NCBI GenBank assembly: GCA_041492755.1
Contig: JBGPXN010000019.1
Span: 1 to 42,585 of the forward strand
Direction: 5' to 3'
DNA from: Candidatus Methylomirabilia bacterium
Lineage (GTDB): Bacteria; Methylomirabilota; Methylomirabilia; Rokubacteriales; CSP1-6
Length of the DNA: 42,585 bases
The first letter of the stretch is position 1, and every line of letters begins with the position of its first letter. The position numbers and the translations under genes were made by a program. The notes under the pieces were generated by a model. That model made no database searches. It saw only the letters and a list, made by a program, of their open reading frames with translations, and had not been told where the DNA came from. Positions 38,640-42,585 of the stretch are shown one piece after another.

Positions 38640-38708
38640 ATCGCGAAGCAACCCGCAATGAATCGCGAAGCAACTCACAGTGAATCGCGAAGCAACCCGG
38701 AATGAATC
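38621..38708. repeat. 4 x 22-bp tandem repeat
   Basis: GCGAAGCAACCCGCAATGAATC at 38621, 38643, 38665 (variant) and 38687 (variant). The unit contains the stop codon of the epimerase remnant. Confidence 0.9.
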
Positions 38709-38750
38709 GAGGAGGAGTGCCATGGCTGGCCCGAGCATGACGATCGAGGC

Positions 38751-39665
38751 GTGATCGCGTTCAATGGCCTCGACGTGCTGGTGGCGAGGGACGAGGGGCT
38801 GTTCGCGGCGGAGGGGCTGGACCTGCGCATCGTCGCGCTCCCGCCCGACGAGATCCGGCCCGCCACCGACGGCAGCCTCACCAAGCCGGTGACGAATCAA
38901 GGCAGGCTCCAGGCGCGCGGCGACGCCGCCCTGTATCAAGCGTGAGAGTGCGGCAATAACCGCCGGGTGGCGGAAAATCGGATTGGCGCGCTGCAGGTCG
39001 GACGGCGGGCGATGATCGTCTGTGCGGCGCTCATCGTGCCGCCGCAGTCGGACGTCTACACGCCCCAGGAGCTGGCGCACAAGCTGGTGGCCATCGATCA
39101 CGGCAACGGCACCGCGTACGCGGCGCTCCAGATGCTCGAGGGCGCGATGCCGCGGGACGCCATCACCACGTGCGCGGCGGTGACGAATCCCGGCGAGCGG
39201 TTCGCCGGGCTGATGCGCGGTGACTTCGAGGCGACGGTGGTGCAGGAGCCCTACATCACGGTGGCCGAGAAGGCCGGCTGCCGGGTGATCACCACCACGT
39301 TCTTTCACGGCACGTGGGTCGCGAAGCCAGACGTCACCGCCGAGACCTACGCCGTCTTCCTGCGCGCGATCACGCGCGCGGTCCGGCGCATCAATGCCGA
39401 CAAGCGCCGGTACGTGTCCTACTTCATCCGCGATTTCCCGGACTATCCCGAAGTGCAGGCGTTGACGCCGGCGGACTTCAACCTGGACCGCATCCGGTTG
39501 AAGGCGCCGGGTCCCATTCCCGAGGACGAAGCACGCTGGGCCTGGGAATGGATGGCGAGCTGGGGGGTGCTACACGGCGGCTTCGACGCCACCACGCAGA
39601 TCAACCGGAGCGTCCAACAGCGGGCGCACGAGCTGGCGGCCGCCTCGCTCGGCAGCGACGCCTGA
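38751..39665 (+). CDS. NMT1/THI5/SsuA-fold protein with in-frame TGA at 38943-38945 (candidate selenoprotein, 304 aa by read-through)
   Basis: ORFs 38751-38945 and 38967-39665 share a frame, with one TGA between them. VARDEGLFAAEGLD, TPQELA...VAID.G.GT and QEPY..VAEKAG are SsuA/THI5-like. A SECIS-like hairpin follows the TGA. Confidence 0.65.
38954..38985 (+). promoter_or_regulatory. Putative bacterial SECIS element
   Basis: Upper stem CCGCC-(GGGT)-GGCGG at 38960-38973, with 19 nt between TGA and a G-first loop. Possible lower stem CAAT/ATTG. Confidence 0.5.
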
Positions 39666-39683
39666 GCGACGCGAGACCGGAGC

Positions 39684-39807
39684 ATCGAGGAGCGCCACGG
39701 ATATCGAGACGGGCCCGGGGTTCCCCCGGGCCCGTCGAGCGCTCGGGGTCAAGGGGGCCCTCCGAGGCCCCCTTTCAGATCGAACGGGCCATTTCGAGGC
39801 CCCCCAT
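39684..39807. repeat. Palindromic repeat family copy C (reverse orientation, degenerate) plus a 13-bp hairpin, between convergent genes
   Basis: 39684-39700 is the reverse complement of 29-45. 39786-39807 is the reverse complement of the head motif. Hairpin GACGGGCCCGGGG-TTC-CCCCGGGCCCGTC at 39708-39736. Confidence 0.75.
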
Positions 39808-40491
39808 CTAACCCTCGAGCTGGACGTAGAGCTCGCCGAGCTCTTCCTTGAGCGGGTACCCCTTCAGCCCCACCTCCGCATCGCCCATCGGCGCGCCGGT
39901 CTTGAGGTCGAACTGCCACATGTGCTCGAGGCACGTCAGCGTACAGCCGTCGTGCACGCCGCCTTCGAGCGGCACCGCCTCGTGGGGACACATCGCCTGA
40001 TACGCGACGAATGCCTCACCGGTATGGGCGACCAGCACGCCGACCCCGTTGACGGGGAACTCCTTCATACCGTTCGCCGGCACGTCCGCGGATCCGCACA
40101 CGCGCGTCCACACCGGTCCCCCGGCCGGTGCCCGCTGCTCCGGCGCCGGGGTCGCGGGCTTCGTCTCGACGTCGATCTTGTTCGCGCCGGGGACGCCGGG
40201 ATCGTAGCGAAGCCGCTCGACCGGGGCGCCGCCGACGAGGTGCGAGGTGAGGATCTCCTCGAGGTCCGCTTGCTGCACACCCGCGTACCAGACGTTCTCG
40301 GGATAGACGACGATCATCGGGCCATGGCCACATTGTGAGAAGCAGCCGGCCTTGTTGACCCGGACGTCGCCCTGGCCAGCGGCTTTCTGCACGCCGGCGC
40401 GGAGGGTCTTCACGAACTTCTCGACGTCCCCCTGGGTCGGGCACGTCTCCCCGCTCGTGCAGACGAACACGTGACGATCGTACTGGCCCAT
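39808..40491 (-). CDS. Fused thioredoxin-like [2Fe-2S] ferredoxin and Rieske ferredoxin
   Basis: N-domain HVFVCTSGETCP...AGCFSQCGHGPMIVVYPENVWY. C-domain YQAMCPHE...TCLEHMWQFDL. Confidence 0.88.
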   Translation of the reverse strand: MGQYDRHVFVCTSGETCPTQGDVEKFVKTLRAGVQKAAGQGDVRVNKAGCFSQCGHGPMIVVYPENVWYAGVQQADLEEILTSHLVGGAPVERLRYDPGVPGANKIDVETKPATPAPEQRAPAGGPVWTRVCGSADVPANGMKEFPVNGVGVLVAHTGEAFVAYQAMCPHEAVPLEGGVHDGCTLTCLEHMWQFDLKTGAPMGDAEVGLKGYPLKEELGELYVQLEG

Positions 40492-40506
40492 CGTCGCTCC
40501 TTTCGA

Positions 40507-41544
40507 TCAGCTGAACTTGTCGTAACGGATGTCGGCCGGCGGCAACCGGACCTCACGCAGCAGCCAGCGCAAGCTCGCATCGACCATCGGGGGCGGCCCC
40601 GCGACGTAGGCGCGGAGATCGGCGAAGCGGCCGGCCATGCGCTCGGCGGCCACGGCGTGAACGAGGCCGCGGGCGAACGCGAATCCCGGGTAGGCGGCGG
40701 ACAGCGACGCCGGGACGTCCTCGTCCGACAGCGCGACCGTCACCCAGAGCCGCCCGGGATGGCGCGCCCGGAACGCCTCCAGCTCGGCGAGGAAGAAGCC
40801 GTCGCGCGCGGTGCGGACACCGAAGAAGACCTGGCCGTCCCACGTCGCGAAGTGATTCGCCTCGCCGGCGAGCGCGAGGATCGACATCATGCCGGCGATG
40901 CCGCTTCCCCCCGCGATGCAGAGCAGATGCTTGGGGACGCCGGGACGGAAGGTCGCGTGCCCCAGCGGGGCGACCAGCCCGACCCGCGCGCGCTCGACAC
41001 CGTCCGCGAAGAGCCACTCGCTCACGGCGCCCCCCGGCTTCTTCTTCACGACGAACGACAGGCGTTCGGCGCGGCGATCGAAGTTGACCATGGAGTAGGC
41101 GCGGGCCCCGACGATCCCCGGCACGGTGATCAACGCGAACTGGCCGGCGTCGAAGTCCAGCGGCCGGTCCAGATCGACGTCGAACGCGACCACGTCGTGG
41201 GTCAACCGCCGGTACCGGCGGACGATCCCGGCCAGGGCGCGTGGGGCTGACGTGCCGGGCTCGGCCGACTTCAGCGTGAAGACTTCGAGGGCGCAATCGT
41301 CCCGGGCCACGCTCTGGCAGGTCAGGATCTCGGCCGGGCTCTTGAGATACCGGCTCCCGGGAGCCTCCGGCCATTCGCTTTCCGCGCGGCCATTCACGAG
41401 CTTGGCCTTGCACGTGCCGCAGGTGCCGGTGGAGCACTCGTACGGAAGCTCGACGCCGCTCCTGAGGGCGGCGTGCAGGATCTTCTCGCCGGGGTCGCAC
41501 TCGAAGTCGCGCGACCCGTTCCTGGCGCTGACGACGATCTTCAC
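40507..41544 (-). CDS. Oxygenase reductase (2Fe-2S, FAD, NAD(P)H)
   Basis: PYECSTGTCGTCK..LTCQS, RAYSM, GGAVSEWL, IAGGSGIA, FFGVR and YVAGPPPMVD...YDKFS. Confidence 0.92.
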   Translation of the reverse strand: MKIVVSARNGSRDFECDPGEKILHAALRSGVELPYECSTGTCGTCKAKLVNGRAESEWPEAPGSRYLKSPAEILTCQSVARDDCALEVFTLKSAEPGTSAPRALAGIVRRYRRLTHDVVAFDVDLDRPLDFDAGQFALITVPGIVGARAYSMVNFDRRAERLSFVVKKKPGGAVSEWLFADGVERARVGLVAPLGHATFRPGVPKHLLCIAGGSGIAGMMSILALAGEANHFATWDGQVFFGVRTARDGFFLAELEAFRARHPGRLWVTVALSDEDVPASLSAAYPGFAFARGLVHAVAAERMAGRFADLRAYVAGPPPMVDASLRWLLREVRLPPADIRYDKFS

Positions 41545-41550
41545 CTATTC

Positions 41551-41845
41551 ACATGGGGGCCCCGAAATGGCCCCCATACCCCCACGCTCGGAAGCGCCCC
41601 GGGAAACCCGGGGCGCTCCTCGATGTCGTGACACGGCTCTAGTCCCCCCACGCTCGGAAGCGCCCCGGGAAACCCGGGGCGCTCCTCGATGTCGTGACAC
41701 GGCTCTAGTCCCCCCACGCTCGGAAGCGCCCCGGGAAACCCGGGGCGCTCCTCGATGTCGCGACACGGCTCTAGTCCCCCCACGCTCGGAAGCGCCCCGG
41801 GAAACCCGGGGCGCTCCTCGATGTCGCGACACGGCTCTAGTCCCC
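41551..41845. repeat. Palindromic repeat family copy D: head hairpin plus 4 x 66-bp tandem units
   Basis: Unit CCCCCCACGCTCGGAAGCGCCCCGGGAAACCCGGGGCGCTCCTCGATGTCG(T/C)GACACGGCTCTAGT with period 66 (41584, 41650, 41716, 41782). Head ATGGGGGCC-CCGAAAT-GGCCCCCAT. Confidence 0.93.
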
Positions 41846-42583
41846 GACGCTGATCGGCGGCGTTGTCTCGGGCGCCTGCGGGACGGCGGCGCGACGGAGC
41901 TCCCGGGTCGCGTCGAGCCAGTCGGCGCTCCGCGGCAGGACCACCCCACCCGACCGGTACCGGTAGATCGCCGGATCGTCGACGCCCGGCGGCACGACCC
42001 GCGCGTCGCGGAGCGCGCGGGCCGCGTTGATCACGCGCCGGCGCGTCCGGATGACCATGGCGTCCGAGCCGCCCAGGTGCTCCTGCGCGCGATCGATGAT
42101 CGACCCCATGCTCTCGGTGATCGCCTGGTCTTGCTGGTGGACGCCGGTGATGCCCGTGAAGCTCTGCGCGCGCTGGGCCTCGCGGTCGATCCCGTAGTCG
42201 TTGTCCTTGTTCTGCGTGATCCGGAACTTGCCGAGCCAGTCCGTGGTGTCGGGCCGGTACTCGAAACCGCCCGGCCCGGCGCCGGCCCCCGCGAACGGCC
42301 GTCCATCCGCCGTGAGGGCGAACGCGCCGCCGGCGGCGCCCGCGCCGGCGCGGGAGCGCGGCACCGACATGGCCCAGTACATGACGTGATCGTCGTCGAT
42401 CGGCACCCAGGCGCGGACGAGGACCTGCACCCCGAGCACGCCGGTCGGGATCATCGTGTAGAACGGGAACAGGTAGTGCGCGATGCGCCAGTAGTACGTG
42501 TCCGCTTCCGCCGGCCGGTAGGCGCCGTACGACGTGCCGAACTCGGTGTCGACCACCTCGTAGCGTGGCGCGCGGTCGGCGAC
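41837..42583 (-). CDS. Rieske oxygenase alpha subunit, C-terminal part (phthalate 4,5-dioxygenase-like); 5' end outside window
   Basis: YWRIAHYLFPFYTMIP, AWVPIDD, NDYGIDREAQR, FTGI.G...QDQAITESMG..DRAQEHLGGSDAMVIRTRRR. Confidence 0.88.
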   Translation of the reverse strand, partial: VADRAPRYEVVDTEFGTSYGAYRPAEADTYYWRIAHYLFPFYTMIPTGVLGVQVLVRAWVPIDDDHVMYWAMSVPRSRAGAGAAGGAFALTADGRPFAGAGAGPGGFEYRPDTTDWLGKFRITQNKDNDYGIDREAQRAQSFTGITGVHQQDQAITESMGSIIDRAQEHLGGSDAMVIRTRRRVINAARALRDARVVPPGVDDPAIYRYRSGGVVLPRSADWLDATRELRRAAVPQAPETTPPISVGD

Positions 42584-42585
42584 CA

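Noticed and set aside
38752..38754. Selenocysteine read-through of the leader TGA
   Set aside because: The continuation in that frame is not protein-like, and the SBP-fold similarity lies in the other frame.
41551..41845. CRISPR array (also considered for 1-157 and 38621-38708)
   Set aside because: The units are contiguous near-identical repeats with no unique spacers, and there are no cas genes in the window.
1..42585. tRNA, rRNA, riboswitch, transposase or integrase genes
   Set aside because: None were recognisable by eye. An Infernal/tRNAscan run is needed to exclude them formally.

Overview
A very GC-rich bacterial window in two blocks. The style of the family-5 solute-binding protein and the palindromic intergenic repeats suggest Candidatus Rokubacteria/Methylomirabilota, but this is inference only. 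Block 1 (1-23.7 kb) is a motility island. It has a chemotaxis operon on the minus strand (cheA, MCP, cheW, a stand-alone secreted Cache-like protein, MCP, cheR), a divergent hybrid histidine kinase, fliC-fliD-fliS-fliT, two extra FliS-like genes, and three tandem TPR-GT41 (SPINDLY/OGT-type) glycosyltransferases plus a GT2-TPR enzyme. Sigma-28 and sigma-54 promoter motifs are readable, and two unannotated small membrane proteins lie in it. Block 2 (23.7-42.6 kb) is catabolism and transport. It has an acyl-CoA carboxyltransferase, a CaiB CoA-transferase, a cupin, a Liv-type ABC transporter interrupted by a fold-back element, a MetE-like enzyme, two Rieske oxygenases, a LigB/LigZ-type dioxygenase, a fused double ferredoxin with its reductase, and two internally deleted pseudogenes. 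The most notable signals are a probable selenoprotein (in-frame TGA followed by a SECIS-like hairpin in an NMT1/THI5/SsuA-fold protein), the triple-GT41 putative flagellin glycosylation island with three FliS paralogs, and a dispersed, tandemly amplified palindromic repeat family next to stop codons. All calls come from reading the sequence and ORF track; no searches were run.
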